This document shows positions 51,914 through 62,942 of a stretch of 64,000 nt of DNA, piece by piece. The stretch's first letter is position 1, and every line of letters begins with the position of its first letter. Source of the DNA: an uncultured Pelagibacteraceae bacterium. GTDB taxonomy: Bacteria > Pseudomonadota > Alphaproteobacteria > Pelagibacterales > Pelagibacteraceae. The DNA is taken from positions 81,548-145,547 of the forward strand of contig CACJNE010000001.1 of the NCBI GenBank assembly GCA_902594675.1. Direction: 5' to 3'. A program made the position numbers and the translations under genes. Under the pieces are notes generated by a model. That model saw only the letters and a list, made by a program, of their open reading frames with translations, had not been told where the DNA came from and did not search any database.

Positions 51914-53287
51914 ATGACTATAGTAAAAAAAATTAAAGATAAAAAAGTCAATTTTGAATTTAATAAGGAATTCATCAAAGTTGTTACAGATAAAATTGCC
52001 TCAAATGATGCTGAATTTATAACTAATTCATTTAATGATATGCATCCAGCAGATGCAGCTGACATAATTGAGCATTTAAGTGAAAATGATAGAGAAAATT
52101 TAATAAAATTAAATAATTTTAAAGTAAATCCTGAAGTTTTTGTTGAGCTAAATGAGTCAATTCAATCTGAGATGACTGCTTATTTATCATCTGAGTCAAT
52201 AGTAAATATTTTGAAAAATTTAGAGTCGGATGATGCAATCAAAATTTTAGAAAATGTTGATGAAAAAGATAAAAATACTATTCTTAGTTCATTACCTCCA
52301 AAAGACAGATTTGCTTTACTTGAAAGTTTAAGTTATCCAGAAGACTCAGCTGCTAGAATTATGCAACGTGAGTTTACAGCAATACCAAGCAATTGGTCTG
52401 TTGGCCAAACAATAGATTATTTAAGAGAAAATAAAGAACTACCAGAGGAATTTCTTGAAATATTTATTGTTGATCAGGAATTTAAACCTATAGGCACAGT
52501 TCCATCATCAAGAGTGTTAAGAACACCAAGAGATACAAAAATGGTGTCTATAATGGCCGAGTCGCAAACATTGATACCAGTTGATATGGATAAAGAAGAG
52601 GTGGGTAATTTGTTTGAAAATTATAATTTAAGTTCCGCTGCGGTTGTAGATAAATCTGATAAGTTAGTTGGAATGATTGCTTATGATGATGTATTGACTG
52701 TATTAAAAGAAGAAGCTGAAGAAGATGCTCTTAGATTAGCTGGAGTAGGTGACGAAGAAATTACGGATGGGGTAATTACGAAAACAAAAAGAAGGTTTAA
52801 TTGGTTACTTTTAAATTTATTTACCGCTTTTCTAGCTACCTATTGTATAAGTTTATTTGGAGCTACCATTGAACAGATGGTTGTATTAGCTTTTTTAATG
52901 CCAATTGTTGCTTCAATGGGAGGTAATGCTGGTATGCAAACTTTGGCAGTCACTGTTAGATCGCTAGCAACACAAGATCTTACAAAAAATAATTTTACCA
53001 ATAACATTATTAAAGAATTTAATATAGGAGTATTAAATGGAATTATTTTTGCAATAATAAGCTCTATAATAGTTTATTTTTGGTTCAACGATACTCAACT
53101 TGCTTTTATAATTTCTATTTCTATGATTTTAACAATGATAGTTGCAGGATTGTTTGGAATACTAATACCTGTAACATTAAAAAAAATGAATATTGATCCA
53201 GCCATATCTTCTAGTGTTTTTGTGACAACTATAACAGATGTAATAGGTTTTGTTTCTTTTTTAGGCGTAGGTGCTTATTTTTTATAA
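51914..53287 (+). CDS. mgtE: Magnesium transporter MgtE
   Basis: HPADAAD, CBS pair, MGGNAGMQT, DPAISS..TTITDV. Confidence 0.96.
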   Translation: MTIVKKIKDKKVNFEFNKEFIKVVTDKIASNDAEFITNSFNDMHPADAADIIEHLSENDRENLIKLNNFKVNPEVFVELNESIQSEMTAYLSSESIVNILKNLESDDAIKILENVDEKDKNTILSSLPPKDRFALLESLSYPEDSAARIMQREFTAIPSNWSVGQTIDYLRENKELPEEFLEIFIVDQEFKPIGTVPSSRVLRTPRDTKMVSIMAESQTLIPVDMDKEEVGNLFENYNLSSAAVVDKSDKLVGMIAYDDVLTVLKEEAEEDALRLAGVGDEEITDGVITKTKRRFNWLLLNLFTAFLATYCISLFGATIEQMVVLAFLMPIVASMGGNAGMQTLAVTVRSLATQDLTKNNFTNNIIKEFNIGVLNGIIFAIISSIIVYFWFNDTQLAFIISISMILTMIVAGLFGILIPVTLKKMNIDPAISSSVFVTTITDVIGFVSFLGVGAYFL

Positions 53288-54100
53288 TTAAAAGTTATCA
53301 ATTAATCTTACTCCATTAATATTGTAGGCAACAAAGAGCCTAAATTTATTTTTTCGATTATAAAGTTTTAAACTTTTTTCATCTCTAAACTCTAAATAAT
53401 CAATTTTAATATTAAATTTATTTTCAAGTTCTATTTTATAATTAGATAAATCTAATTTTAATTTTGATGAGTATAATTTAGATCTTTTTTTTATTTTGAT
53501 GAGTAATTTTGCAATTTGTGATGCTTTTTCCAATGATTTTTTATTAAGCAATTTATTTCTTGTAGATAAGGCAATTTTGTCAGCTGTTCTTATTGTTGGG
53601 CATGCATTAATTCGTACATCAAATTTTTTCGATAAAAATTTTCTAATTAAGTGTAGTTGTTGGAAGTCTTTTTCACCCATAAATAAATCTTTTGATTTAA
53701 TAATAGACATCAATCTATTCATAACATTTAGCACTCCCTCAAAATGACCTTTTCTAAATTTTGCGCATAATATTTTATCTTTTTTCCTTAAAACAAATTT
53801 TCTAGACTTAAACTTATAAATATCTTTTGTTTTAGGTATGAATAAGTAGTTTACGTTTAATTTTTTTAAACAGATAATATCTTTTTTTATATTCCTAGGA
53901 TATTTTCTAAAGTCAATTTTTTTGTTAAATTGAGTAGGGTTAACAAAAATACTTACAATAGTCTTATTTTTTTTCTTTTGAGAAGCTTTTATTAAGGATA
54001 TATGACCTTTATGTATCCCACCCATAGTTGGCACAAATCCGACATTTTTGTAGTTTTTAATTTCTTTATTTAAATTTAAAATACTTGTAATTATTTTCAT
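53288..54100 (-). CDS. panC: Pantoate-beta-alanine ligase
   Basis: FVPTMGGIHKGH, SIFVNPTQF, GEKDFQQ, RLIDN. Confidence 0.95.
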   Translation of the reverse strand: MKIITSILNLNKEIKNYKNVGFVPTMGGIHKGHISLIKASQKKKNKTIVSIFVNPTQFNKKIDFRKYPRNIKKDIICLKKLNVNYLFIPKTKDIYKFKSRKFVLRKKDKILCAKFRKGHFEGVLNVMNRLMSIIKSKDLFMGEKDFQQLHLIRKFLSKKFDVRINACPTIRTADKIALSTRNKLLNKKSLEKASQIAKLLIKIKKRSKLYSSKLKLDLSNYKIELENKFNIKIDYLEFRDEKSLKLYNRKNKFRLFVAYNINGVRLIDNF

Positions 54101-54134
54101 TTTATAAATATATGTTTATAAATAAATTATCTAA

Positions 54135-54950
54135 ATGATTAAACAAGCTATTATTCCGCTAGCAGGACTGGGTACAAGACTTTTACCTTTAACAAGTGTT
54201 TTTGCCAAAGAGCTACTACCAATAAATGGTAAACCCGGAATTGAATATATTCTTGATGAATGTATAGAAGCTGGCGTTACTGAAATAATTTTTATTATTT
54301 CAAAAAAAAAAGAGATGATAAAAAAGTATTTTTATAATGATAATTTTTATAAAACTTTAATAAAAAAGAAAAAAGACTCAAGAATTATTGAAGAATATAA
54401 AAAAATTTTAAAGTATAAAAAAAAAATTAAATTTGTATATCAAAACAAACCTTTAGGTACAGGTGATGCCGTTCTTAAGACAAGAAAATTTATAAAAAAT
54501 AATTATTTTCTAATGCTTCTGCCAGATGATTTAATTATGAAAAAGAATTGTTCAAAAGATATGATTAGATTGCATAAAAAATATAATGCTTCAGTTATGG
54601 CAAGTATGTCTGTAAAAAAAAATAATGTTAATCGTTGGGGAATATATTCTGTTGCCTCAAAACTAGATAAGAAAAATTTTGTAATATCTGATGTAATTGA
54701 AAAACCTAATGTTAAAGAAGCACCTTCTAAAAATGCAGTGATCGGTAGGTACATATTAAGTAAAAAAATATTTAAAATTCTAAAAAAACAGAAAAAAGGA
54801 AAAGGTGGTGAGATACATATTACAGACTCGATTAAAACGATGATTGATAATAAGTCGTTATTTATTGGTCATAAATTTTCAGGAAAATATTTAGATTGTG
54901 GTTCTATGGATGGGTATATAAAATCAACTCTAGAGATCGCTAAATTATGA
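54135..54950 (+). CDS. galU: UTP-glucose-1-phosphate uridylyltransferase
   Basis: AIIPLAGLGTRLLP..KELLP, PLGTGDAV, EKP, GEIHITD. Confidence 0.9.
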   Translation: MIKQAIIPLAGLGTRLLPLTSVFAKELLPINGKPGIEYILDECIEAGVTEIIFIISKKKEMIKKYFYNDNFYKTLIKKKKDSRIIEEYKKILKYKKKIKFVYQNKPLGTGDAVLKTRKFIKNNYFLMLLPDDLIMKKNCSKDMIRLHKKYNASVMASMSVKKNNVNRWGIYSVASKLDKKNFVISDVIEKPNVKEAPSKNAVIGRYILSKKIFKILKKQKKGKGGEIHITDSIKTMIDNKSLFIGHKFSGKYLDCGSMDGYIKSTLEIAKL

Positions 54951-56242
54951 AAATTTGTATCATTGGGTCTGGCTATGTAGGTTTAGTCAGTGGAACATGT
55001 TTTTCAGAGCTAGGAAATAATGTTATTTGTGTTGATAACAATAAGCAAAAGATTACAAATCTTAAAAAGGGTATAATTCCAATATATGAGCCTGGTTTAG
55101 AGGAATTAATAATAAAAAATGTCAAACAAAAGAGACTTAATTTTTCTACAGATGTAAATAATTCAATAAAAAATTCAGACATTATATTTATTTGTGTAGG
55201 TACCCCAACCAGCAAAAAAACTAATAAAGCTAACTTAAAATATGTTTATAAAGTTGTCTCTGATATAAAAAAAAACTTAAATAAATACAAAATTGTGGTT
55301 ACAAAATCTACTGTACCCGTAACAACAGGTGATCAAATAGAAAAAATATTAACACCAAAAAAAAACAAAATTAAATTTGATGTTGTTTCAAATCCTGAAT
55401 TTTTAAGAGAAGGTGAGGCAATCAGAGATTTTATGTATCCTGATAGAGTGGTAATAGGCACTAACAGCAAAAGAGCAAATAATATAATGAAAAACCTTTA
55501 TTTACCTTTAATAAAAAAAACAAATAGATATTTTCATACCTCTAGAAGAGCTGCTGAATTAATAAAATATGCCTCAAATGCATTCTTAGCTACAAAAATT
55601 TCATTTATAAATGAAATTGCAAATCTATGCGAAAATACAAATATAGACGTAAAAGAAATATCCACTGGTATTGGATTGGATAATAGAATAGGTGATAGAT
55701 TTTTAAGAGCTGGACCTGGATATGGTGGATCTTGTTTTCCAAAAGATACTAGAGCTTTAGTTTCTACTTCTAAGCAATTTAAAACTAAACTTTCAATAGT
55801 TCAAAGTGTAATAAATTCAAATAAATCTAGATATAAAATTTTACAAAATAAAATTAATAAAATTATGAAAAATAAACTTAGAGGTAAAAATATTACTTTT
55901 TTAGGAGTTACTTTTAAACCAGGAACTGATGATATGAGAGAAGCTCCCTCTTTAAAATTAATACCCTACTTAATGAATAAGGGTTCTAATGTTTCTTATT
56001 ATGAACCTACGGGTATAAAAGGTGATTTTAATAATAACAAAGTAAAATATATAAATAATATAAAAGAAGCCTGTAAAAAAGCTGATTTAGTTATAATACA
56101 TACAGAATGGAATGAATTTAAACAATTAAATCTTAAAAAAATTAGTAATAAGAAAAATTATAAAATTTATGATTTAAGAAATTTATATTCTCCAGCCAAA
56201 ATGAAAAAAAATAAAATTAATTATTTCGGTGTAGGCAGATAG
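54947..56242 (+). CDS. ugd: UDP-glucose 6-dehydrogenase
   Basis: GSGYVG, CVGTP, NPEFLREG, GYGGSCFPKD, FKPGTDDMRE. Confidence 0.95.
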   Translation: MKICIIGSGYVGLVSGTCFSELGNNVICVDNNKQKITNLKKGIIPIYEPGLEELIIKNVKQKRLNFSTDVNNSIKNSDIIFICVGTPTSKKTNKANLKYVYKVVSDIKKNLNKYKIVVTKSTVPVTTGDQIEKILTPKKNKIKFDVVSNPEFLREGEAIRDFMYPDRVVIGTNSKRANNIMKNLYLPLIKKTNRYFHTSRRAAELIKYASNAFLATKISFINEIANLCENTNIDVKEISTGIGLDNRIGDRFLRAGPGYGGSCFPKDTRALVSTSKQFKTKLSIVQSVINSNKSRYKILQNKINKIMKNKLRGKNITFLGVTFKPGTDDMREAPSLKLIPYLMNKGSNVSYYEPTGIKGDFNNNKVKYINNIKEACKKADLVIIHTEWNEFKQLNLKKISNKKNYKIYDLRNLYSPAKMKKNKINYFGVGR

Positions 56243-56704
56243 TTATTTAATCTCAAATATAGCATCAACCTCAACTGCAACACCTAGTGGTAAACTATTT
56301 GTGCTAACAGCAGCTCTAGTATGAGTACCATTTTCACCAAAAACATTCTTGATTAAATCTGAAGCTCCGTTGATTACCTTAGGTTGTTCAATAAAGTCTT
56401 CTGTAGAATTAACAAATCCTGTTAACTTTACACATGATTTTATTTTCGATAAATCGTCACCACAAGCTTTTTTAGCCTGAGAAATAATACTTAATGCACA
56501 TCTCTCAGCAGCTTTGTAAGCTTGATTTGTGTCAAAATCTTTTCCTACTTTCCCTTTAATTAATTTGCCTTCAGCATCAATAGATATTTGTCCTGAAATA
56601 AAAAGCAAATTACCAGAAATTTTAGTTGCAACATATGATCCAACAGGGTCAGTAGCTTTCGGCAAAGTAAGACCCATTTCACTCAATTTTTTATCAATAT
56701 TCAT
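56243..56704 (-). CDS. RidA/YjgF family protein
   Basis: LFISGQ, VINGASD, HTRAAV, LPLGVAVEVD. Confidence 0.9.
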   Translation of the reverse strand: MNIDKKLSEMGLTLPKATDPVGSYVATKISGNLLFISGQISIDAEGKLIKGKVGKDFDTNQAYKAAERCALSIISQAKKACGDDLSKIKSCVKLTGFVNSTEDFIEQPKVINGASDLIKNVFGENGTHTRAAVSTNSLPLGVAVEVDAIFEIK

Positions 56705-59262
56705 TATCTACCCTTTTTTTTCTTTTTATTTTTATCGTACTCTTTTCTTTTCTCAATTAAAATAAGTGCTTCTTCCATTGTTAATTCAACCGGGTCTTTC
56801 TCCTCAGGAATTGTAGCATTTAATGATTTATATTTAATATACGGCCCATATTGACCTTTCATTATTCTTACTGGTTTTTTATCTTCTGGGTGTTCTCCAA
56901 GATCTTTAATTAGTGAAGATGAAATTCTGCCAGGTTTTGCCTCAGCAATTAATGTTACAGCTCTATTTAATCCAATGCTAAATATTTCTTCTACGTTCTC
57001 TAAACGAGCAGATTTATTCTCACATTTTAAATATGGACCAAATCTTCCAACATTGACTGTTATATCTTTATCATTTTCAGGATTTTTACCTAAACTTAAT
57101 GGTAATGAGCACAAATATTTTGCTCTCTCCAAATCTATACTTTTTATATCAATCCCTTTTGGTATTGAGACATTTTTCATGGTATTTTCTTCTTTTCTCA
57201 ATTTTCTTTTTTTCTTTTTTGTTTCTTCTTCCTCTTTTTCTTTTTCGTATTGCAAATAAGGGCCAAATCTTCCATTTTTTAAATATATATCTTTACCAAT
57301 ATCATTTTGACCAATTAGCTTTGGTTCTGCCAATGTTAATTGCTGAGCAGCCTTAGATTTAGACAGAGGTCTGGTAAATTTACATTCAGGATAATTTGAG
57401 CATCCAATAAATGCACCACCTCTGAAACTATTTTTTAAGCTTAATTGGCCACTATCACAAAGTCTACATTTTCTATTTATATTTCCATCTTTATCTACTT
57501 CAAAAATTAATGATCCCAGACTTTCATTAAGTAAGTCTAGAACTTCTCTTGTTCTTTTTTCCTTAACATCTGTTACATTTAAATTAAAGTCTCTCCAAAA
57601 TTCCTCTAAAACCTTAATCCAATTCTCTTTACCCGATGTTATGTCATCTAATTGATCTTCTAATTTTGCAGTAAAATCATAATCAACATATTTTGAAAAT
57701 AATTTTTCTAAAAATGCAGATAGCAATTTTCCTCTATCTGTTGGAAAAAATCTTTTATTTTCTATATCAGCATATCCTCTATTTGAAATAACAGATATGA
57801 TACTAGCATAAGTAGACGGTCTACCAATTCCTAATTCTTCAAGTTTTTTAACAAGACTGGCTTCAGAATATCTTGGTGGGGGTTGAGTAAAGTGTTGTTC
57901 ATCATTAAAATCTTTATAAGATACTTCTCCTTTACTTACATCTGGTAAAATATTTTCCTCATCTTTATTTCCATCTAAATTTGAAACTTTTAAAAAACCA
58001 TCAAACTTTAAAGTGGAGCCACTTGCTTTATATATATTTTTTTCATCATCAGATGAGATAGTAATAGTTTTTCTATCAAATTTTGCAGATTCCATTTGTG
58101 AGGACAGGGATCTTGACCAAATTAAATTATACAATTTATATTGATCTGAGCTTAGATATTTTTTCATATCATCAGGAACTCTACTTATCTCTGTTGGCCT
58201 AATTGCTTCATGGGCCTCTTGAGCATTTTTTGCTTTTTTTCCTGAATAATTTAATGGTGATGGTGGCAAATAATCATTTCCGTAGTTCTGAGTAATGAAA
58301 TCTCTAAATGAGGTAACAGCATCCTTTGAGATATTTGTACCATCTGTTCTCATATATGTAATTAAACCAACTGTTTCACCATCTATATCTATGCCTTGAT
58401 ACAATCTTTGTGCAATTTGCATTGTTCTTGATGCCCCAAACCCTAATTTACTAGATGAAGTTTGTTGTAAAGTTGAAGTAGTAAATGGACCAGATGGGTT
58501 TCGAGTGTATGTTTTAGAAGTTATATCACTAATTTTATATTTTTTATTTTTTATTAATTCTACTCCTGAATTAACTTCCACTTTATTTTTAAATGAAAAC
58601 TTTTCAATTTTTTTTCCATCAAGTTGATTAATATTTGTATTTATTATTAAATTATCTTTTGTTAAAAAATTTACATTTAGTGTCCAAAACTCTTTGGGTT
58701 GAAATACCTCTATTTCATGCTCTCTCTCTGTAAGCAATCTAAGTGCTACAGACTGAACTCTTCCTGCGGATTTTGATCCAGGTAGCTTTGTCCATAAAAT
58801 AGGTGATATATTAAAACCTACTAGATAATCTAAAGCACGTCTTGCCATGTAAGCATCAACAAGTTCATTCTCAATATTTCTAGGATTATCTATCCCATTT
58901 GTTACAGCTTTTTTAGTGATTTCGTTGAAGACTACTCTTTCAACTTTTTTGTCTTTCAGAAGTTTTTTTTCATCTAAAAATTCTTTTACATGCCACGCTA
59001 TTGCTTCACCCTCACGATCAGGATCTGTAGCAAGTATAATTTTGTCTGAATTCTTGGCTGTATCAATTATTTCTTTTAAATATTTTTTAGAAAAACTGTC
59101 AACTTCCCAAATCATCTTAAAGGAATTTTCTGGATCAACCGAACCATTCTTTGATGGTAAATCTCTGATGTGACCATAGCTAGCTAAAACTGTGTAATCT
59201 GCACCAAGATATTTATTTATAGTTTTAGCTTTTGCAGGACTTTCAACAATTACAAGATTCAT
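56704..59262 (-). CDS. topA: DNA topoisomerase I
   Basis: VIVESPAKAKTI, DPDREGE, SAGRVQ, LITYMRTD, GRFGPY C-terminal repeats. Confidence 0.98.
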   Translation of the reverse strand: MNLVIVESPAKAKTINKYLGADYTVLASYGHIRDLPSKNGSVDPENSFKMIWEVDSFSKKYLKEIIDTAKNSDKIILATDPDREGEAIAWHVKEFLDEKKLLKDKKVERVVFNEITKKAVTNGIDNPRNIENELVDAYMARRALDYLVGFNISPILWTKLPGSKSAGRVQSVALRLLTEREHEIEVFQPKEFWTLNVNFLTKDNLIINTNINQLDGKKIEKFSFKNKVEVNSGVELIKNKKYKISDITSKTYTRNPSGPFTTSTLQQTSSSKLGFGASRTMQIAQRLYQGIDIDGETVGLITYMRTDGTNISKDAVTSFRDFITQNYGNDYLPPSPLNYSGKKAKNAQEAHEAIRPTEISRVPDDMKKYLSSDQYKLYNLIWSRSLSSQMESAKFDRKTITISSDDEKNIYKASGSTLKFDGFLKVSNLDGNKDEENILPDVSKGEVSYKDFNDEQHFTQPPPRYSEASLVKKLEELGIGRPSTYASIISVISNRGYADIENKRFFPTDRGKLLSAFLEKLFSKYVDYDFTAKLEDQLDDITSGKENWIKVLEEFWRDFNLNVTDVKEKRTREVLDLLNESLGSLIFEVDKDGNINRKCRLCDSGQLSLKNSFRGGAFIGCSNYPECKFTRPLSKSKAAQQLTLAEPKLIGQNDIGKDIYLKNGRFGPYLQYEKEKEEEETKKKKRKLRKEENTMKNVSIPKGIDIKSIDLERAKYLCSLPLSLGKNPENDKDITVNVGRFGPYLKCENKSARLENVEEIFSIGLNRAVTLIAEAKPGRISSSLIKDLGEHPEDKKPVRIMKGQYGPYIKYKSLNATIPEEKDPVELTMEEALILIEKRKEYDKNKKKKKGR

Positions 59263-59299
59263 TATTGTTGAAACTACTTATAACTACTTAACTGTCAAA

Positions 59300-59875
59300 T
59301 TAATAAATTTTACTCTTTGTTTCTTCTTTGTTTATTAATCTTTTTATATTTTCTCTATGTGTATAAAAAATTAATACAAACATAATGGTAAAAAAAATAA
59401 AATTACCATTACCTAAAATTAATATGTAAATTGGTATTGAGATTGATGCAATTAAGGAAGATAGAGAAGAATATTTAGATATAATAAAGGTTAAAACCCA
59501 AATAATCCCGAATATTAATGCATAATAAATATTTATTGAAATTAGTATTCCCACAAATGTTGCAACACCCTTACCTCCAACAAATTTTAACCAAACTGGA
59601 AATAAATGACCTAAAAAAGCACAAAGTGCTGAAATAAAAATTAAATCAGGATAATAAAGCTTTACATAAATAACAGGTATAACAGCTTTTAAAATATCTA
59701 GTATTAGGGTTAAATATCCTAATCTTTTATTTCCTGTTCTTAAAACATTTGTTGCTCCTATATTTCCAGACCCCACATCTCTTATATCTTTTTTAAGAAA
59801 TATTTTTGTAAATATGTATCCAAAAGGAATTGAACCAAATAAATAAGATATTAAAGCTGTAATTATATAATCCAT
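59300..59875 (-). CDS. plsY: Glycerol-3-phosphate acyltransferase PlsY
   Basis: GSGNIGATN, GHLFP, GGKGVAT, HRENIKRL. Confidence 0.96.
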   Translation of the reverse strand: MDYIITALISYLFGSIPFGYIFTKIFLKKDIRDVGSGNIGATNVLRTGNKRLGYLTLILDILKAVIPVIYVKLYYPDLIFISALCAFLGHLFPVWLKFVGGKGVATFVGILISINIYYALIFGIIWVLTFIISKYSSLSSLIASISIPIYILILGNGNFIFFTIMFVLIFYTHRENIKRLINKEETKSKIY

Positions 59876-61164
59876 TATTCAACTTTAAATAATTCTTCTC
59901 CATTAACAAAAGTATTCATTACTTTACCTTGCAATTTTTTATCTTCTATTGGAGTATTTTTTGATTTTGATATTAATTTTTCTTTTCTCACTACCCATGG
60001 TTTGTTTATGTCTACAATACAAAAGTCAGCATCATTACCTATTGATAAATTACCTTTGTTAATTTTAAGTATTTTCGCAGGACTAGATGTTAAAGCCTTT
60101 ATAATAGTTTCTAAATTTACTGATCCATTGTGATATAACTCTAAACTTAAAGGTAATAAAGTTTCGATACCTGATGCACCAGTTTCTGCTTGTGCAAAAG
60201 TTAATCTTTTATTTTCCTCGTCTTCAGGTTTATGATCTGATACTATTACATCAATCGTTTCATCAGCCAACCCTTGAACTAGAGCATTTCTATCATCTTC
60301 GGTTCTTAAAGGTGGAGACAACTTTAAAAATGTTTTGAAATCACCAATATCATTTTCGTTTAAAGATAAATTATTAATTGAAACACCACAGCTAAAATTA
60401 ACTTTTTTCTTTCTCTCTCTAATTATTTCAACTGAACTTGCTGATGAAATTTGTGATATATGATATCTACAATTGTTATACTCTAATAAAGTTAAATCTC
60501 TTTCTAAAATTAACAATTCTGCACTTACAGGAATTCCCTGCAAACCAAGTTTTGTAGCAATTATGCCATCATTAATCATTCCATCTTTTGATAACTCTGC
60601 ATCTTCTGCATGTTGTATAATTAAAGAATTTAAATCTGAGGCTGAATTCATAATTCTATTCATTATTCTTGGGTTTTGAATTGTTTTAATTCCATCTGTA
60701 AATCCAATAATCCCTTTTCCTTGCAATAACCCAAATTCAGTCATGTTCTCTCCCTCTGTTTTTACAGTTAATGCAGCAGTTGGAAAAATATTTATTTTAG
60801 ATTTATCTCTTCCTCTTCTTCTGAGAAAATCAACAATCGAAACATTATCAATCACTGGATTTGTGTTAGGCATTGTTACAACGGATGTCACTCCACCTGA
60901 TAAAGCAGCTTCGCTTAATGTTCTAAAATTTTCTTTATATTCAAAACCAGGCTCACCAACAAATACACGCATATCTACCAAACCAGGGAATATATGTTTA
61001 CCTTTTAAATCGATTACTTTTTCTCGAGATGGAATATTATTAGTATTTACTTTTTTACCAACAGCTTCAATTTTTCCATTTTCGTCAATTATTAATCCAC
61101 CTGTCTCATTTAATGAATTATACGGATCAATTATATTTGCATTTATAAAGTATTTTTTTTTCAT
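59875..61164 (-). CDS. pyrC: Dihydroorotase (PyrC/PyrC'-like)
   Basis: PGLVDMRV, GEPG, MPNTNP, PPLR, SDHKP; adjacent to pyrB. Several metal-binding His positions look substituted. Confidence 0.85.
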   Translation of the reverse strand: MKKKYFINANIIDPYNSLNETGGLIIDENGKIEAVGKKVNTNNIPSREKVIDLKGKHIFPGLVDMRVFVGEPGFEYKENFRTLSEAALSGGVTSVVTMPNTNPVIDNVSIVDFLRRRGRDKSKINIFPTAALTVKTEGENMTEFGLLQGKGIIGFTDGIKTIQNPRIMNRIMNSASDLNSLIIQHAEDAELSKDGMINDGIIATKLGLQGIPVSAELLILERDLTLLEYNNCRYHISQISSASSVEIIRERKKKVNFSCGVSINNLSLNENDIGDFKTFLKLSPPLRTEDDRNALVQGLADETIDVIVSDHKPEDEENKRLTFAQAETGASGIETLLPLSLELYHNGSVNLETIIKALTSSPAKILKINKGNLSIGNDADFCIVDINKPWVVRKEKLISKSKNTPIEDKKLQGKVMNTFVNGEELFKVE

Positions 61165-62106
61165 TTATTCACAAAATATCTTTAAGCAAGCCATTCTTAC
61201 TGCTACTCCTAATTCAACTTGTTCTTTAATTACACTTTTATTAATATCGTCTGCTAAGTTTGTATCAATTTCAATTCCTCTGTTCATTGGACCCGGGTGC
61301 ATTATAAGCGCATCTTCTTTAGCAAATTTTATTTTGTCTGGTGTTAAACCGTAATATTCATAATATTCTCTGTTAGAAGATAGAAAAGAACTTGTCATTC
61401 TTTCATTCTGAAGTCTTAACATCATCACTATGTCACAGTCTTTAACCCCTTTTTTCATATCTGAAAAAATATTGACACCAAATCTTTCTATTTCATTTGG
61501 CATAAGATTAGTTGGAGCTACTATATTTACTTCAGCACCTAACATGTTTAATAAATAAATATTTGATCTTGCTACTCTTGAATGAAGAATATCTCCACAT
61601 ATAGCTATTTTAAGACCTTCTATTTTTTTTCTTCTATTTATTATAGTTAACGCATCTAGTAGAGCTTGAGTAGGGTGTTCTCTTCGTCCATCTCCTGCAT
61701 TTAGAACTGCACAATTAACTTTTTGAGATAATAAGTTACAAGCACCTGAATCTTGATGCCTTATAACGATGATATCTGGATGCATTGCATTTAATGTCAT
61801 TGCTGTATCTATTAAAGTTTCACCTTTTTTTATGGCAGAGTTTGTAATATTCATTGACATTACATCTGCACCTAATCTTTTTCCTGCTAATTCAAAAGAA
61901 CTTTGAGTCCTGGTCGAAGGTTCAAAAAATAAATTTATTTGCGTTTTACCTTTTAAAATATCAAGCTTTTTGTTTTTGCTTTTGTTTAACTCAATGAATT
62001 TTGAGGCTTCATTCAAAATTATATTTACATCATTGACTGATAAGTCTTGAATACCTAACAAATGTTTTTGGGAAATTTTAATAGCTTTTTTAGATTTAAT
62101 TGCCAT
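61165..62106 (-). CDS. pyrB: Aspartate carbamoyltransferase catalytic subunit
   Basis: [27 protein letters not shown]. Confidence 0.97.
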   Translation of the reverse strand: MAIKSKKAIKISQKHLLGIQDLSVNDVNIILNEASKFIELNKSKNKKLDILKGKTQINLFFEPSTRTQSSFELAGKRLGADVMSMNITNSAIKKGETLIDTAMTLNAMHPDIIVIRHQDSGACNLLSQKVNCAVLNAGDGRREHPTQALLDALTIINRRKKIEGLKIAICGDILHSRVARSNIYLLNMLGAEVNIVAPTNLMPNEIERFGVNIFSDMKKGVKDCDIVMMLRLQNERMTSSFLSSNREYYEYYGLTPDKIKFAKEDALIMHPGPMNRGIEIDTNLADDINKSVIKEQVELGVAVRMACLKIFCE

Positions 62107-62148
62107 TAAAATTAACTCTATAACTATATAGAGTTAACTATGCAAGCA

Positions 62149-62604
62149 TTAATTCTGTAAATAATCTAGGGCTCCTTGTAAAATAAATGCTGCAGCAAAT
62201 TTATCTATATCTTTCTCTCTTTTGCTAACGTTTATATCCAATTCACTGGACAAATTAAAAGCTCCAACTGTAGATAATCTTTCATCCCATAGACAAACAG
62301 GAATGTTAATTTTAACTGCAAGATTGATTGCTATGTCTTTAGCTGATTGTGATGATTTTCCATATGAACCATCCATATTTATTGGATTCCCAACTATTAT
62401 ACCTTTGACATCGTTCTCCTTGATTATACTCTTAATATCTTCAATTAATTTAGAAGACTTTATTTTTTCTAAAGTTTTATAAGGCGTAGCAATTTTTTGA
62501 TTGCCATCGCTTATTGCAATTCCAATCCTTTTTGAGCCCAAATCTATACCTATAATTCTTGATCCATCTGATACTTTTGATTTGAATTCATTAATTGTGA
62601 TCAT
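62149..62604 (-). CDS. yqgF: YqgF/RuvX pre-16S rRNA nuclease
   Basis: GIDLGSKRIGIAISD, WDERLST, IDKFAAAFILQ. Confidence 0.93.
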   Translation of the reverse strand: MITINEFKSKVSDGSRIIGIDLGSKRIGIAISDGNQKIATPYKTLEKIKSSKLIEDIKSIIKENDVKGIIVGNPINMDGSYGKSSQSAKDIAINLAVKINIPVCLWDERLSTVGAFNLSSELDINVSKREKDIDKFAAAFILQGALDYLQN

Positions 62605-62654
62605 ATTGTATATTTTTAACTTAAGTGGTAGTTTGCGACAATATTTTTTACCAT

Positions 62655-62942
62655 ATGACTATAGATCTTAAAACTGTAAAACACATATCAAAATTAGCTA
62701 GAATCTCACTAGATGAGAAAAAAGCAGAAAAACTAGCAACTGATATGAATTCAATATTTGAATTTATTGAAAAATTAAATGAATTAAATACAGATAATGT
62801 TGAACCATTAACTTCTATTGCTGAAACAACGTTAAGATTTAGAGATGATAAAATAACTAGTGAAAATATAAGAGAAAAAATATTAAAAAATTCACCAGAA
62901 AAAAATGATGATTTTTTTGTTGTGCCGAAAGTTGTTGAGTAA
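62655..62942 (+). CDS. gatC: Asp/Glu-tRNA amidotransferase subunit C
   Basis: [26 protein letters not shown] at 62655. Confidence 0.95.
   Translation: MTIDLKTVKHISKLARISLDEKKAEKLATDMNSIFEFIEKLNELNTDNVEPLTSIAETTLRFRDDKITSENIREKILKNSPEKNDDFFVVPKVVE

Noticed and set aside
56704-57400. GRFGPY repeats at the TopA C-terminus
   Set aside because: These are known topoisomerase I C-terminal repeats.
60743-61354. 203-aa plus-strand ORF and the many other 60-130 aa antisense ORFs
   Set aside because: They lie wholly opposite well-supported genes and show no recognisable motifs.
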